Shown here: one piece after another, positions 1-14,708 of the stretch
Layout of the letters: each line of letters starts with the position of its first letter
How positions within the stretch are numbered: the first letter of the stretch is position 1
Origin: Octopus vulgaris
Taxonomy: Eukaryota
Reading direction: 5' to 3'
Assembly: GCA_951406725.2 (NCBI GenBank)
Contig: OX597822.1
Coordinates: 98,208,001 to 98,272,000 of the forward strand
DNA length: 64,000 bases
Notes under the pieces: model-generated
Database searches by the model: none
What the model saw: the letters and a program-made list of their open reading frames with translations, nothing else
What the model was told of the DNA's origin: nothing
Program-made: the position numbers and the translations under genes

Positions 1-829
1 CTATGATAAAAATCAGCAAATCAGTGTATCTAGTTAACCTCATACTGGTGACCGGGAGCAAATGCCTGTAACAAATTGGTCTCGACAAAACCCATGCAAT
101 AAGCTCAGATCGTATGTGTGTTTAAGTCTACAAGTTAAAAGAAAAGACTGTCCTTTTGATACTTTTTTACGTTTTTGTTTTTGTGTTGTGGTAGCAATGC
201 TAATTTCGAAGAAAAAGTTATTAACTGAAAGTTCATAATTTTACCCAGTCACTTATATATTACAGTGGATTAATTTTCTATGAATGCAGATGCAAAAATA
301 GATATAGCAATATTAAATTGGCACTATAAAATATACAACTTTTTCATTCTGTCATCACATATATGCTTTTAAGTTGCATAACGCTGCATTAATTCCAAGT
401 GTTTGGTAATACGCTTATAAGTGTAGGGAAGAATATTGTCTCTATGGTGTACCCAGAATAATGTGTTGGAATTAATCAGGAAAAGGTAATAATTCAATGA
501 TAAATTATGACTTTTGCACTGGATTATTTACTATAATCTTTAATAAATTGCCAATTGAAAATCTCAGGTTTAATGAATCTTTCATTAAGCTTCATAATTC
601 TATTGATATCCGCTGCTGCATCTTATTAAGCACAAGGCTATCATTTTTGATGGGAGTAGTTAATCTCTATCAACGACCCCTAATGATTGAATGGTTGAAA
701 AGTAATACACCACTGAAGGATTTGAACTCAGAATATAAAGAGCCGGAACAAATAAGACAAAGTAATTTTTCATAGTCGTTAACTTTTTTGCCAGTTCACC
801 GCCTTACTAACAACAATGATTTCTAATAA

Positions 830-1222
830 TTTTGCACAAAACCAGCAATTTCGACGGTATGTCAATTACCCCGATCCAAATAGTCAACTAGTATTTATCC
901 TATCGACTCCGAAACAATGAAAGGCAAAGGAAACTTCAGTAGCATTTGAACTCAGAAGGTAAATCAGGAAGAAAAGCCACTGAACATGTTAACTAATCTG
1001 GCCGCTCGCCTCCTTCATAATAATAATGAAAATAATAACGATTTCAAATTTTTTGCCACAAGGACAGCTTCGAGGATGGGATTAATTCGATTACATCGAC
1101 CCCAGTGCATAACAGGTACTTATTTAATCGACCACGGCGGAATTTGTACTCAGAACGTAAAGAAGGATGAAATACAGCTAAACATTTCGCCCGGCGTGGT
1201 AACGATTCTGCCAGCTCACCGT
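830..1222 (-). mobile_element. Two degenerate SINE family 3 copies in tandem
   Basis: Partial core and head matches at 830-1010 and 1040-1222. Confidence 0.65.
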
Positions 1223-1227
1223 CTTTT

Positions 1228-1277
<50 letters not shown>

Positions 1278-2193
1278 ATAATAATAATAATAATAATAAT
1301 AAATATATTTAAAAATTGTAATGGCAAACTGGAAAACCAGTATGGCATTAAAAGATGACACACAAGTAATTAAAACCTACCCTATACCCATAAGAAGGGA
1401 AATTTTCCCTGGAGACTCACTGTCACCCCTGCTTTTCTGCCTTTGACCATTGAACAGAAAAACCTTATCAAAGTTGTCCATAAGTTCAACAAGGCCATCG
1501 GAATGAGCATGGGCTGTACATTTATGCCGGAATTCACACTGAGAAGAGGCAAATTAATCGGTTCTCGGAACATTTGCTGTAAACATTTTTGCTGCAGGAA
1601 AACTCGCCCCAAGAGTTATCACCGTAGGAAAATTTACTATATAGAAAATTTTGCCGTAAGATAACTTCATCATATAGATAATTTCGAAGATATGTCAGGC
1701 AACCTGATTTACAGAGAATTGCATCTCTGAAAAAAATAGCTTTTTATGTATATATGTTTTTTCTTATAATTCTGTTTTAGATTTAACTGTTTTTTTGGTT
1801 TTCTTTTTGCTCTTTGTAAATATTATATTTATATTGTATTACCTTTTGTTTAAGTAGAATTTTTTTAAAAAACATATTCAACTTTTAGATTGCTTTATTT
1901 TGCACCTAGCCATATAGCTTTGCTAGGCTCTTCCACGCACGCTTCACCATTACCCAAAAGTGTCACAGAAAGAGAAACAGTATAGGTTTGTGACTATTCT
2001 GAGTCATTTGATTCTGTTTCAAACATTGATCTATTTTGGTAAGGAAAAAAAAGCCTTGTATAGATAAGACTTTATTATTAAAAGCATTATTTAACATGCC
2101 TTGTTTCAGGGTCAAACATTAGAACATAAATTAAAAAGTATGAATTTATTTAAAAACATGAAACTCTAAACATTGACAAAAAGTAATTTAAAA

Positions 2194-2628
2194 TACTCTT
2201 TTACTCTTTACTCTTTTACTTGTTTCAGTCATTTGACTGCGGCCATGCTGGAGCACCGCCTTTAATCGAGCAACTCGACACCGGGACTTATTCTTTTGTA
2301 ATCGAGCAACTCGATCCCGGGACTTATTCTTTTGTAAGCCCAGTACTTATTCTATTGGTCTCTTTTGCCGAACCGCTAAGTAACGGGGACATAAACACAC
2401 CAGCATCGGTTGTCAAGCAATGCTAGGGGGACAAACACACACACGCATATATATATACATATATACGACGGGCTTCTTTCAGTTTCCGTCTACCAAATCC
2501 ACTCACAAGGCTTTTGTCGGCCCGAGGCTATAGTAGAAGACACTTGCCCAAGATGCCACGCAGTGGGACTGAACCCGGAACCATGTGGTTGATAAACAAT
2601 CTACTTACCACACAGCCACTCCTGCGCC
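2194..2628 (-). mobile_element. SINE family 1: tRNA-like head, CORE-like TTGGGCAAGT, internal microsatellite, CR1-type 3' end, (AGTAAAAG)n tail
   Basis: A/B-box-like head; internal (TA)n(TG)n at about 2435-2467; tandem 36-bp duplication at 2263-2334; 3' GGCGGTGCTCCAGCATGGCCGCAGTCAAATGACTGAAAC. Confidence 0.9.
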
Positions 2629-2803
2629 TGTGTACAAATTCCAAGCAATGCTCGGTAAATAAGTGCTTTCTGCGTCGGACTATAATTAAGCATTTTCGGC
2701 TTAAGTCTTTCTTTGATATCCCTATATATTTTCTTCATTAGGACTGCATATCCTCGATCTAAATCACACTTTCTTTTTCGCTAATGTCTCTTCCTTTTTC
2801 AAA

Positions 2804-3313
2804 TCTATATATATAAAACTGTAGTTGTGTGAGTGTCTGTCCCCTTCGATTTAGATTCCTAACTACTCCCACATTTTGCGGTGCAGTTTAACCAAATTCG
2901 GGTATCTTATAGTCGTGATTCATATCGAGCCCGTCTGGCTATTAGCGCACGTCTACGATGAGTCTACGATTTTAAAAATAATTTAACATTTTTTATTCCA
3001 TTTTAATGCATAATTTTTCGTGTGTCGATGGCGGCAGAGTTGGCGTCCACGCTCACAGCTGCACCTGTTTGCTTCTCCCCCTTCTTCCCTCCCTCGTGAA
3101 GCTGTGGGGAAGGGAGTGTAAGGAAATCAACGTCGTAAAGCGTTGTCAAGGAGACCAGCGTTCTTTTAGAACAACGACTTCATGGCTTGAAGACACCAAA
3201 ACAGAAATGGCTAAGAAAGCCCGAATTGGCATCTATAAGGGAAGTAACTCTCTAAAAATGCTTATATAGTTATTTCCCTTACAAACCCGAGCAACGCCGG
3301 GCGATACTGCTAG
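2804..3313 (+). mobile_element. Non-autonomous Helitron
   Basis: A|TCTATATATATAAA start, 3' hairpin CCCG-AGCAACGC-CGGG, ends CTAG|T, no TSD; homologous to two other copies. Confidence 0.85.
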
Positions 3314-3875
3314 TACGTAATAAGTTTCCACAAATTTGGGTGCATGTTAGTAATGGAGCTTTGCGTTGCATTGTGGAAGCCTTCTACGCTGCTGTTTGTT
3401 CTCATCATATTACTCTGGGTTTTTTCGAACACATTTATTAGGAAAAGTTGGCTGCATTCTTCGACCTCCTTCTCTATGGTGAGTTTCAAAATATGATACA
3501 AATTCTTGGGGCAAATCATCATCGTCAGTTAGTCCAAGAAAACCATCAATAGCATCACTGACTGGAAGAAATGCTAATGCAGTGAAGCATTTGATTTTGC
3601 TAAATTACCCGTCGGTTTGATAGCGAGTATTTAAACCTATATCCACAATGTGGCGATAGATATTCTTAGCCATATGTGTGTTGTTGTAAATATATCTCAG
3701 AAAGCATTGATAATTGCTTTCTCGAAATCAACCATTATAATAGATAGGTTGGTCGAAACAATTATATACCAAGAGAGCAATTCATCTTTTTCTTGGTGAA
3801 ATTGTCTTCCGGCAAATTTTCCTATGCGGTGAGCTTTCCTACGGCCAAATATGTTTGCGGTAAACTTTCCGGATA
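3314..3875 (-). mobile_element. MULE-like transposase remnant
   Basis: IMVDFEKAIINAF, HMAKNIYRHI..IGL, TALAFLPV, RTNSSVEGFHN. About 15-bp periodic subterminal-like repeats at 3800-3870 are mirrored at 1570-1680. Confidence 0.65.
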
Positions 3876-3879
3876 CGAA

Positions 3880-4100
3880 ATTAATCAGCACTGAAAACAC
3901 TGCACTCAGCATAGACACAAACATTATAGAATTAGACCACAACCGCTCATACCTAGCAACAGAGGAAGCAGCTATACTACAACACACAGAAATGAAAGGA
4001 AAAATTAGAAGAGTGTATTACAGAAGAGTTAGACTAATATTAAATACTGAACTTAATGCTAAAAATAAGATATCAACTAAGAGGGCAAGGTCAGCAATAA
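3880..4100 (+). mobile_element. R4/Dong-like non-LTR RT fragment
   Basis: ILQHTEMKGKIRRVYYRRVRLILNTELNAKNKI resembles the post-RT thumb region of R4-type elements. Confidence 0.5.
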
Positions 4101-4496
4101 ATAGGTAACAAGTAACAAAACTAATAGCACAGAACAAAGCAAGTAGATAGAAAGGTTCTCCAGCATGGGGGAGCAGCCACAGGTGTAATACGATATTGCG
4201 TCTTTGGCTCAATTATGGTTGTACCGGTGTTAATATAGTCGAAGGCGTTGTATCATCAGTGAGAGCACTTAAAAATGCCTGATTGTGTGGGTTGCGTGTT
4301 AGGAAATACAGGAGAAGTTCTGAGGTCAGAAGGCAGAATACGAATGTTGCTGATGAGATACTCCAACGAACACTTCTAACTCTTTTTGGAGGTATAACAA
4401 GGAGCCGAGTCCTGCAATAATTTTATCCAGCCGGATTTTGACTAGTCTTCAGTAGTTCCACATAACTGTCTGAACTGAATCTGAATCAGGTATATC

Positions 4497-4840
4497 TTTT
4501 ACTTGTGTCAGTCATTTGACTGCGGCCATGCTGGAGCACCGCCTTTAATCGAGCAACTCGACCCCGGGACTTATTCTTTTGTAAGCCCAGTACTTATTCT
4601 ATCGGTCTCCTTTGCCGAACCGCTAAGTAACGGGGACATAAATACACCAGCATCGGTTGTCAAGCAATGCTAGGAACAAACACAGACACACAAACATATA
4701 TATATATATACATATATACGACGGGCTTCTTTCAGTTTCCATCTACCAAATCCACTCACTAGGCTTTGGTCGGCCCGGGGCTATAGCAGAAGACACTTGC
4801 CCAAGGTGCCACGCAGTGGGACTGAACCCGGAACCATGAG
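4497..4840 (-). mobile_element. SINE family 1 copy
   Basis: Colinear with 2194-2628, slightly 5'-truncated. Confidence 0.9.
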
Positions 4841-5242
4841 GCTGGTTATGATATAGGACTCGGTTCTATACGACTGAAAGTTTCATAGGTTCGTCAAACG
4901 CCAGGTATTTACAGAAGAGTAATGGATTCTGGACAAATTCACAATGACTTCTAGATTATCGGCCTCTCGTATTTGTCAGCTCAGTTAACGCTGTGCTATT
5001 AGTCTAAAAGCGACATCAGTTCCTTTCTTTGTTCATAGCTTCCCGTTTAATCTCGAGACTTGTCGACGATCGTAACGTCTTCCCCAACATCACTGACAGT
5101 TTCCCCTCCCCACCTTTGTCACCTTTAATTTGCAATTTTCAACTCTTGCAACTGGCAATGGTGCCTCAAGGAAAGATTATACATACTCCGCCAACATATC
5201 TGTCAATAGTAACAATGAACTATCTTACGTGTATCCCCAGAG

Positions 5243-5633
5243 GGAGGCGCAATGGCCCAGTGGTTAGGGCAGCGGACTCGCGGTCATAGGATCGCGGTTT
5301 CGATTCCCAGACCGGGCGTTGTGAGTGTTTATTGAGCGAATACACCTAAAGCTCCACGAGGCTCCGGCAGGGGATGGTGGTGATCCCTGCTGTACTCTTT
5401 CACCATAACTTTCTCTAACTCTTACTTCCTGTTTCTGTTGTACCTGTATTTCAAAGGGCCGGCCTTGTCACTCTCTGTGTCACGCTGAATCTCCCCGAGA
5501 ACTACGTTAAGGGTACACGTGACTGTGGAGTGCTCAGCCACTTACACGTTAATTTCACGAGCAGACTGTTCCGTTGATTCGGATCAACCGGAACCCTAGT
5601 CGTCGTAACCGACGGGGTGCTAAGAGAAGAAGA
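5243..5633 (+). mobile_element. SINE family 2 (tRNA-Arg-like head), 12-bp TSD
   Basis: TGGCCCAGTGG A box, GACTCGCGGTC anticodon-like arm, GGTTTCGATTCC B box; TSD GTATCCCCAGAG at 5231-5242 and 5634-5645. Confidence 0.93.
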
Positions 5634-6203
5634 GTATCCCCAGAGACACGCATTGTTAATGAACTTCAAGCCACTGGCAGCTAATATTCCAAATGTATCA
5701 CATTAGGTTTGGCTGCTCCTTACACAATGGTTAGGTACTTAACTCCCGCCACCCGTATAAACTACACTGTCACCCATGCTAACAACCCAGTTTCAATTTT
5801 GAACATAGCACCACCAAATTTTTTATCCTTAACCACCAATTCTGGGTAAACCACAAAAATGCTGTTTCCGTCGATGTGTTATTATCTCCAGTGATCCTTC
5901 ATCAAGCAGCTAACTCGTGACAAGCATCCACTTTACCATGGACCCAGAGATAGCGGCGGCAGCTATCTGTTCCTGTCAGAGTATGTAGGCTTAAGAATAA
6001 ACAGAGAAATTGATATTGCTTTCTTACTAATAGCACCACGTGACCTAAGTTAACCAATGGAGGCCAATCATCCGGAATCTATCTAATCCCTTCACTCTTC
6101 ATTAGATAACTGAAGAGATAGGTTTATACTACTAATATTACTAGTTTACGCAACTAAGCCGTATCGAGACGAGTCAAACAGTTCTTAAAGAATACACGTA
6201 ATC

Positions 6204-6285
6204 CCGTCCGTCCGTCCGTCCATCCGTCCATCCATCCGTCCGTCCGTCCGTCCGTCCGTCCGTCCGTCCGTCCATCCATCCATCC

Positions 6286-6349
<64 letters not shown>
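6204..6349 (+). repeat. (CCGT)n(CCAT)n(CAAT)n graded tetranucleotide repeat
   Basis: Direct reading. Confidence 0.95.
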
Positions 6350-6350
<1 letters not shown>

Positions 6351-7429
6351 ATATACACGTACGTGTACAACATTCACACAGTGTATATTTCTCACCGGAC
6401 AATTCTTTCAATTTATGTACCTAGATGCATAGTAAAAATGTATTCTAAAAGTTTTACAACGAAAATTGTCTCCCTGCAATACTTCAATATCAACTCTTAA
6501 ACAAATAATAAAACTCCCTTTATTGCACTAAAATTATAACATAAGAAGCAGCTGGAAATTCTAAGGTAATGAAGTGTCCAGTGTCCAAGCCTTATGTTTT
6601 TATATTATTTCATTTTCATACACGAGATAAAATTATTAATCACACAGTGAAATAATACACTTGCAAATATTTCAAAATTTTAATTAAATACTCTATGTTA
6701 TATACCCAGATCAATTTTCTTTTGATGCAAAGAATTTCAATATTTTCCTTGGCTTAGGAGACCCTTACTTCACAGGAATTTTTTAATTACCATCGACCTG
6801 TCGTTTGTAGATGATGACAAACGTAGAAGTACGTGAATCAAAATACCTAAAGTATTTAAGTTGCAATTTCAAATCTCCATTTGTTGATCAATTTTCTGTT
6901 GATAAGATAAGATATCAGTGTATACTCCATTTGAAATAGGCGACCATGTGCATATGAAATCTATTTAGGTTTGCCATTTCCAATGCTTTGTATGAATATA
7001 ACCAATAATTGCTATGATTCTACAAGATAGTGGTGTGTGTTATTAACCTAAACGTAATAGAATGAATCTAAGATGAATATCAACCAAAATAGGTGTAGCC
7101 ATTGACAGTTCAACGTAATACAATTTCCAACAAAATCTCAGTATCTTTCCAACACACTGGCTTATACTGAAATGGCTTTTACACATTTAAACCGCAGTCA
7201 TTCTTAGCTCATTTAGACTAATCTACTAAAGCATTTTCCAATTACCTATGTGAGCAGCTCTTTCCTAATTACTTCGTTGTCCAGTTTTCTTAGCATAAGT
7301 AGAGTTGCAAATCTTCCAACAGACTAACAAATTATCAACTTCAAAAGTTTAGCGTTCTTTGACAAAGTCGAGGCCGCAGTACTTTAATAACCGCCTACTC
7401 AGTTAAACTACAAATTCATACACACCGAT

Positions 7430-7472
<43 letters not shown>

Positions 7473-8289
7473 AACATCCATACATATATACACATACATG
7501 CAAGTACACACACTATCGTAATTAATGTTGCAACTGCCTGCCAACGAAAGAATTTTCGAGGAATGCAAAAAGTAGCTTCAATAAAGTGATATAATTCTTC
7601 CCTCTTTCTGATACACGACTCAAACGATGAAAGCATGGACAAAAGAACCTACATAAGGCAAATTGGCTTAAATCCTACAACGTCGCTGTTACGAATCCTG
7701 CAGTCAGGCCTTTTTCTCTTTACTAGTATAGCACTTCCCTTTTCACATTAGCTATCGCATACATGTACACCCAACTTAGCGTAGATCATAACCTAATCTA
7801 ATATGGTAATATGGTAATATTCAATAACCAAAGGACGCTTCTGAATAGTTCTAAATACCACACTAATAAATGCCGAAATTGTTCGGCAGCGAGATCTGGG
7901 ACCTCAACTCACGGTCCCTTAAGAGCAGTATTGTCTATACATGCAATGTTATAGCACTAACGCGCCCAGGACACAAAGATCAAGATGAATTTGCCTCAAT
8001 TTAAACGTAACACTGCTATAACGCACTCTGCATGTCCGAACAAGATAAACTGATGATAATCGTTAGTACAGATGAAATCGATAAACTTGAATACTACTAA
8101 CTCTTCCACATTCACCATCAATCGATATCGATCAGATTATAACAAAAACATGTAGAACAAATATATAAACTAAAGGCCACAAGCTTCAACCACAGCTGAC
8201 ACCGATTATGTATTATACAGCAATTTAATACACAAACTACATTAAGATCATACGCATACTCGCGAACATTAATATATATATATATATAC

Positions 8290-8525
8290 TTCCTTGTGAC
8301 TGACCAGGTTATCAGATGTTGCTACACATCGCTGGTCACAATGCACTTCGCATTGTTTTAGCCTTCAAATGACGCCACCACGCTGGTTAAGCGAGCAGGC
8401 CAACAGAAGAAAGAGTGAGATAAAGTTGTGACGAAAGAGTACAGCAGGGTACGCCACCACCCCCTGCCGGAGCCTCGTGGAACTTTAGGTGTATTCGCTC
8501 AATAAAGACTCACAACGCCCGGTCT
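8290..8525 (-). mobile_element. SINE family 2 variant with a different 3' module
   Basis: 8408-8525 matches the family 2 central region; 8290-8405 is unrelated to the family 2 tail. Confidence 0.75.
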
Positions 8526-9949
8526 TTTTCACTTGTTAACAATCTTTGCAATAAACCCAATACTTAAATTATCCTTCTTTCGAAGCTTAATAATCTGCTG
8601 ACGAATTGGTAACGGAGTAAGTGGCATTATATTAACACAGTACACTGCAGATACTCTTACTAATGTTTAGTTAATGAATCGTCAGGTAAACAAATTCAAA
8701 ACATTAGAGTTCACCGGTTAATTATACTAAAACATGGAGTAAAAGCAAACGTTCTGATCATTTTGGCCGCCATGGGTTTTGCAGTAAATCACTAAATCAT
8801 CCATAACTTTTGTATCATCTTCTCAAATTACACCAAAATCTCAGACAATAATAATTAATATCGTATTTATTGTTTGTTAAAATTATAGAATATAAAACAA
8901 CTTTGCTAAAAACTTATACCTACTTTTCTGATGAAATCAATGCCGTTCTGAACCTTTTGGTCGCAACTGTATGTATATATATATATATAAATATATATAT
9001 ATATGCACATTGCATACATTTACCAGTTATTACGCAGTCATAGCTGAAGACCTCTTACAACAGTATAAACATTGATGAAGGGAGGAGATACTTCAGAAAA
9101 TCTGATTTACTGTAGAACTAACAGTAAACGTGTTATCTTACATCAGAATTACACTCACAGACGAATTAACCAAAACGACGCCCACGCGCATGCATATTTA
9201 TCTATCCATACATAACTATCTGTAAATGCTTACATTCTAACAGACACACACAAAAATTTATGTATACACTCATACACGAATGTGGAGTTATATACACTCA
9301 CTAAGACTTCGCAGGTATGTTTTTCTCAACGCAAAAGATCAATATTCACACGCAATTATGAAACAGAAGATATAGAAATTAAAATGAAAGAGATCTTCAA
9401 ACTTGACTGCGAGCTCACATTGGAACCACAGTAAAGAAAAATATAAATTAAATACAAAATATAAACTCGGTCAGCCATTAGTGTTTTTCTATTAGTCTAC
9501 ATGAAAAGGTGATGAAAGTTTATAGCGCCAAATGGGCTGAGCAAACGATTTTAATTAAACGTTACAAGAAACTTAAATTGTTAGAGAAGAATAGTTGTAT
9601 AACCCATGGGTATTAAACATTAAATGAAATGAAAGAAAAAGTGTGTTTCTATTTAGAGATTAGCGCAAATTCAACTTATAACGAGATTTAAAGTATCATA
9701 AGAAATTCTGAGTAGAAGTAAAGAGATGAATCGTGGAATCGAAATAAATAACACGGGCGCTAGTTATTTATTTGAATCGATAGTTCAGTCAGAGGCTCTG
9801 TGTGTCTATGTGTGTAATATCGGTTATTACTTAGTTCCATGTTTAGACAGCAAAGAACTGATTATTTTTTACGTATTAGTCATTCTCCATGCCATCTTTG
9901 TTTAACTTTCCTCTCGGTGCTTAATTTTGCGTTACCTGTCTATTTTATA

Positions 9950-10342
9950 CAAGCAGTATCGCCCGGCGTTGCTCGGGTTTGTAAGGGAAATAACTATATA
10001 AGCATTTTTAGAGAGTTATAGCCAAAAAATAGCAAAAAATGCACTAAAAATGGAAAAAAAATGGTAATTTTTTTTTAAATCGTTGACTCATCGTAGACAT
10101 TTTTAGAGAGTTACTTCCCTTATATAATAGCGAAAAAATGCATTAAAATGGGAAAAAATTATGGTAAATTATTTTTAAAATCGTAGACTCATCGTAGACG
10201 CGCGCTAATACCCAGAAGGGCTCGATATGAATCACGACTATAAGATACCCGGTTTTGGTTAAACTGCACCGCAAAATGTGGGAGTAGTTAGGAATCTAAA
10301 TCGTAGGAGACAGACACACAACTTCACTTTTATATATAAAGA
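9950..10342 (-). mobile_element. Non-autonomous Helitron, same family
   Basis: Reverse complement has the TC start, shared body and the same 3' hairpin; terminal CTAG mutated to CTTG. Confidence 0.85.
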
Positions 10343-10886
10343 TATATAAATACACGCGCGCGATACCGACTGCTATAAACGTATATATGAATATATGTAT
10401 GCGGGTGTTTGTTTTAGATATGTATGTGCATAGTTAAATGTTAATACATCGAAAACGTATACAGATAATGGGATTGCATCTGTTTATGTGACCACTAAAC
10501 TTTGTTTTATATACCATCAGATAAAGAAAAAACGATATTATAATAATATATATGTTATAATAGAACGGTATATTGTATTTTGTTTAAGAGAAGTGAAACG
10601 GAAGAGTACAAACAGAAGGACCAGCATTAAGTGTAATGGATGTATACGCGTAACATCTCTCTCGAAATAAATGTGAATGAATTAAGCTTAGCATTGCGCT
10701 ATTTAGCAATGCTGAATGAAATACGTATGGCAATACATACATTGCTACATTAATGGCAAAGTAGATCGATATTTTGAAATGGAAGTAACAAAAATATTTA
10801 TGGAGATAACCAGTTAGATATATTGGAAAAAAAACAAAACATGATCGATATTAAAGTAAATATCCATATGCGATTGCAGATTTAGA

Positions 10887-11253
10887 TGGAATGGAATGGA
10901 AGCACTCCGTCGGTTACGACGACGAGGGTTCCGGTTGATCCGAATCAACGGAACAGCCTGCTCGTGAAATTAACGTGTAAGTGGCTGAGCACTCCACAGA
11001 CACGTGAATATCTCGGGGATATTCAGCGTGACACAGAGAGTGACAAGGCCGGTCCTTTGAAATACAGGTTCAACAGAAACAGGAAGTAAGAGTGAGAGAA
11101 AGTTGTGGTGAAAGAGCACAGCAGGGATCACCACCATCCCCTGCCGGAGCCTCGTGGAACTTTAGGTGTTTTCGCTCAATAAATACTCACAACGCCCGGT
11201 CTGGGAATCGAAACCGCGATCCTATGACCGCGAGTCCGCTGCCCTAACCACTG
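10887..11253 (-). mobile_element. SINE family 2 copy, (TTCCA)n tail
   Basis: Reverse complement is colinear with 5259-5620. Confidence 0.9.
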
Positions 11254-11374
11254 ATTTGATATTTCAGAATTGTATGTGCAAATGCACAATCTTCATGAGT
11301 ACAAGCGATATCAATGTAGAAATGCGTGTTTTTGTGCGTATATATGTATGCACCTATCCATGATATATTTTTCA

Positions 11375-11562
11375 AATTTTGTCACAAGGCCAGCAATTTC
11401 GGGGGTAATGGGGACGATCGATTACATTGACCTTACAGCTCAACTGGTACTTATTTTATCGACCCCGAAATGATGAAAGGTAAAGTCGACCTCAGAACGT
11501 AAAGACGGACGAAATGAAGCTAAGCATTTTGTCCCGCGTGCTAACGATTCTCCACCTCGCCG

Positions 11563-11565
<3 letters not shown>
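11375..11565 (-). mobile_element. Older SINE family 3 copy
   Basis: ACTGGTACTTATTTTATCGACCCCGAAATGATGAAAGGTAAAGTCGACCTC core. Confidence 0.75.
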
Positions 11566-11602
<37 letters not shown>

Positions 11603-11783
11603 AATAATATTAAGACTCAAGCTAAAAGCCTGCATCTATGATTAGAGTAACGGTATATAATATAGAGACAGTAATAAATGATGGGCATCCCTGAGAGCTT
11701 CGTGTAGGGTAACAATCACCAGCACTCATCACATGAGTAACATTTGGATCTAAGTTGAACACTAAAAACAAAAAAAGCACCAT

Positions 11784-13183
<1,400 letters not shown>

Positions 13184-13185
13184 TC

Positions 13186-13374
13186 TCGTGTGTACCGTTG
13201 GCGATTTTTTTTTCCTCTGTCTTCCTTCTCTGGATCTTTCCTCCTCCTATGTTTCCGACGAAGAGCTCCGCTCGAAACGTTAAACCCTCCTTCTTTCCTG
13301 AGCGTCCAATGATACTATATTTGTTCCACGTCCTCGCGTTGTTGTGTTTTTTGTGCTTTCTTGTTTGGATTAAC

Positions 13375-13378
<4 letters not shown>
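13186..13378 (+). mobile_element. Penelope pseudo-LTR-like fragment with a minimal hammerhead-like motif (13251-13285)
   Basis: GTTT-CCGACGA-A-GAGC-TCC-GCTC-GAAA-CG-TT-AAAC. Confidence 0.6.
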
Positions 13379-13454
<76 letters not shown>

Positions 13455-13520
13455 GGGCGGCTAGATGGCAGAATCTTTAGCATGGCGGAAAAAATGCTTA
13501 CTGGTATTTCCTTTATACAA

Positions 13521-13751
13521 GGCGGCACGCTGGCAAAATCGTTAGCACGCCGGGCGAAATGCGTAGCCGTATTTCGTCTGCCGCTAGGTTCCGAGTTCAA
13601 ATTCCGCCGAGGTCGACTTTGCCTTTCATCTTTTCGGAGTCGATTAAATAAGTACCACTTACGCACTGGGGTCGATATAATCGACTTTATCCGTTTGTCT
13701 GTCCTTGTTTGTCCTCTCTGTGTTTAGCCCCTTGTGTGTAGTAAAGAAATG
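13521..13751 (+). mobile_element. SINE family 3 copy nested in an older head fragment (13454-13520)
   Basis: Colinear with 45816-46042; TSD GGTATTTCCTT(T/A)ATACAA at 13503-13520 and 13752-13769. Confidence 0.88.
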
Positions 13752-14539
13752 GGTATTTCCTTAATACAAAACAACCGCTTACTAATACAGTTGTCATTAT
13801 ACATACAGGTCGTATATATGCATATAGGTCGTCATTTCAAATCTCGCTGTTCAACGTGCAAAAACCGATTTATCATAGATAGTTGATTAATTCATCGCAA
13901 TTAATCTTTGTCAAAAATGCCAAGTATTTATTTCTGTCTAACAATACTTAGGAGATTAGGTGAACTTACGCCCGAAGAATTAATATGCCAAATTTTCCAG
14001 AATTCATGACTAATACCCTTCAGTATAAGCTATATAATTAATATCTCCTTAATAAAGCTACAATGCATCGAAAGGGAAAATGATAAATGAACATAGCAAA
14101 ATGGTTTCTGCAATCACCATCTTTCCACTCACGTACATTGTTACACATTTCCAAATTGTTAATATATGAGCAAAATTGAGACAGGTATTGAAAAGTTTTA
14201 TGGTTTTGTGTGCTCAGCAATAAATGATATTTGTATGTGTACGTGTGTGTGAGGGAGGGAGAGAGTGGGGGAGTATTTTATATTTAAAAGTTAGGACGAT
14301 TCGAAATAGGATCGGAAGTTATTACAAACAAACGAAGAATCTAAAACAGAATTTTTTGCTGGTGTTGCTGCTGCTGAACTTATCCACAACAACACTTGCA
14401 GTGCCCGTGATTAAATATTTTTGCAGATCGTCGCATTTAGAGGCTCCTGTCTAACCCAGCTGATGTCTTAAATAAGAAGACACCTCTAGATTGATGAACA
14501 CTTTTATATCATTTTCCTATCAGAGGGAAACTGGGTTCT

Positions 14540-14708
14540 GAAAGATTTTGTTTACATCCGGAGATTTTTTTCGACGAGGAAGTTTGTCCCTCTTTCTCAA
14601 AGGCTGTAATTACTTTCGAGACAGTACTTCTTGATACACCAAACATTTTGGCTGTTTTTGTTACGCTAACGCCTGCCATACGAGCACCAACAATTTGACC
14701 TCTTTGAG
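14540..14708 (-). mobile_element. Fragment of the same Tc1 family (N-terminal HTH region)
   Basis: QRGQIVGARMAGVSVTKTAKMFGVSRSTVSKV; near-identical to 12815-12985. Confidence 0.85.

Noticed and set aside
497-775. 92-aa ORF
   Set aside because: No recognisable motif or splice context; probably decayed TE or chance.
5243-5318. tRNA-Arg-like cloverleaf (also near 11180-11253, 39556-39615 and 50701-50770)
   Set aside because: It is the head of a repeated SINE with body, tail and TSDs, not a stand-alone tRNA gene.
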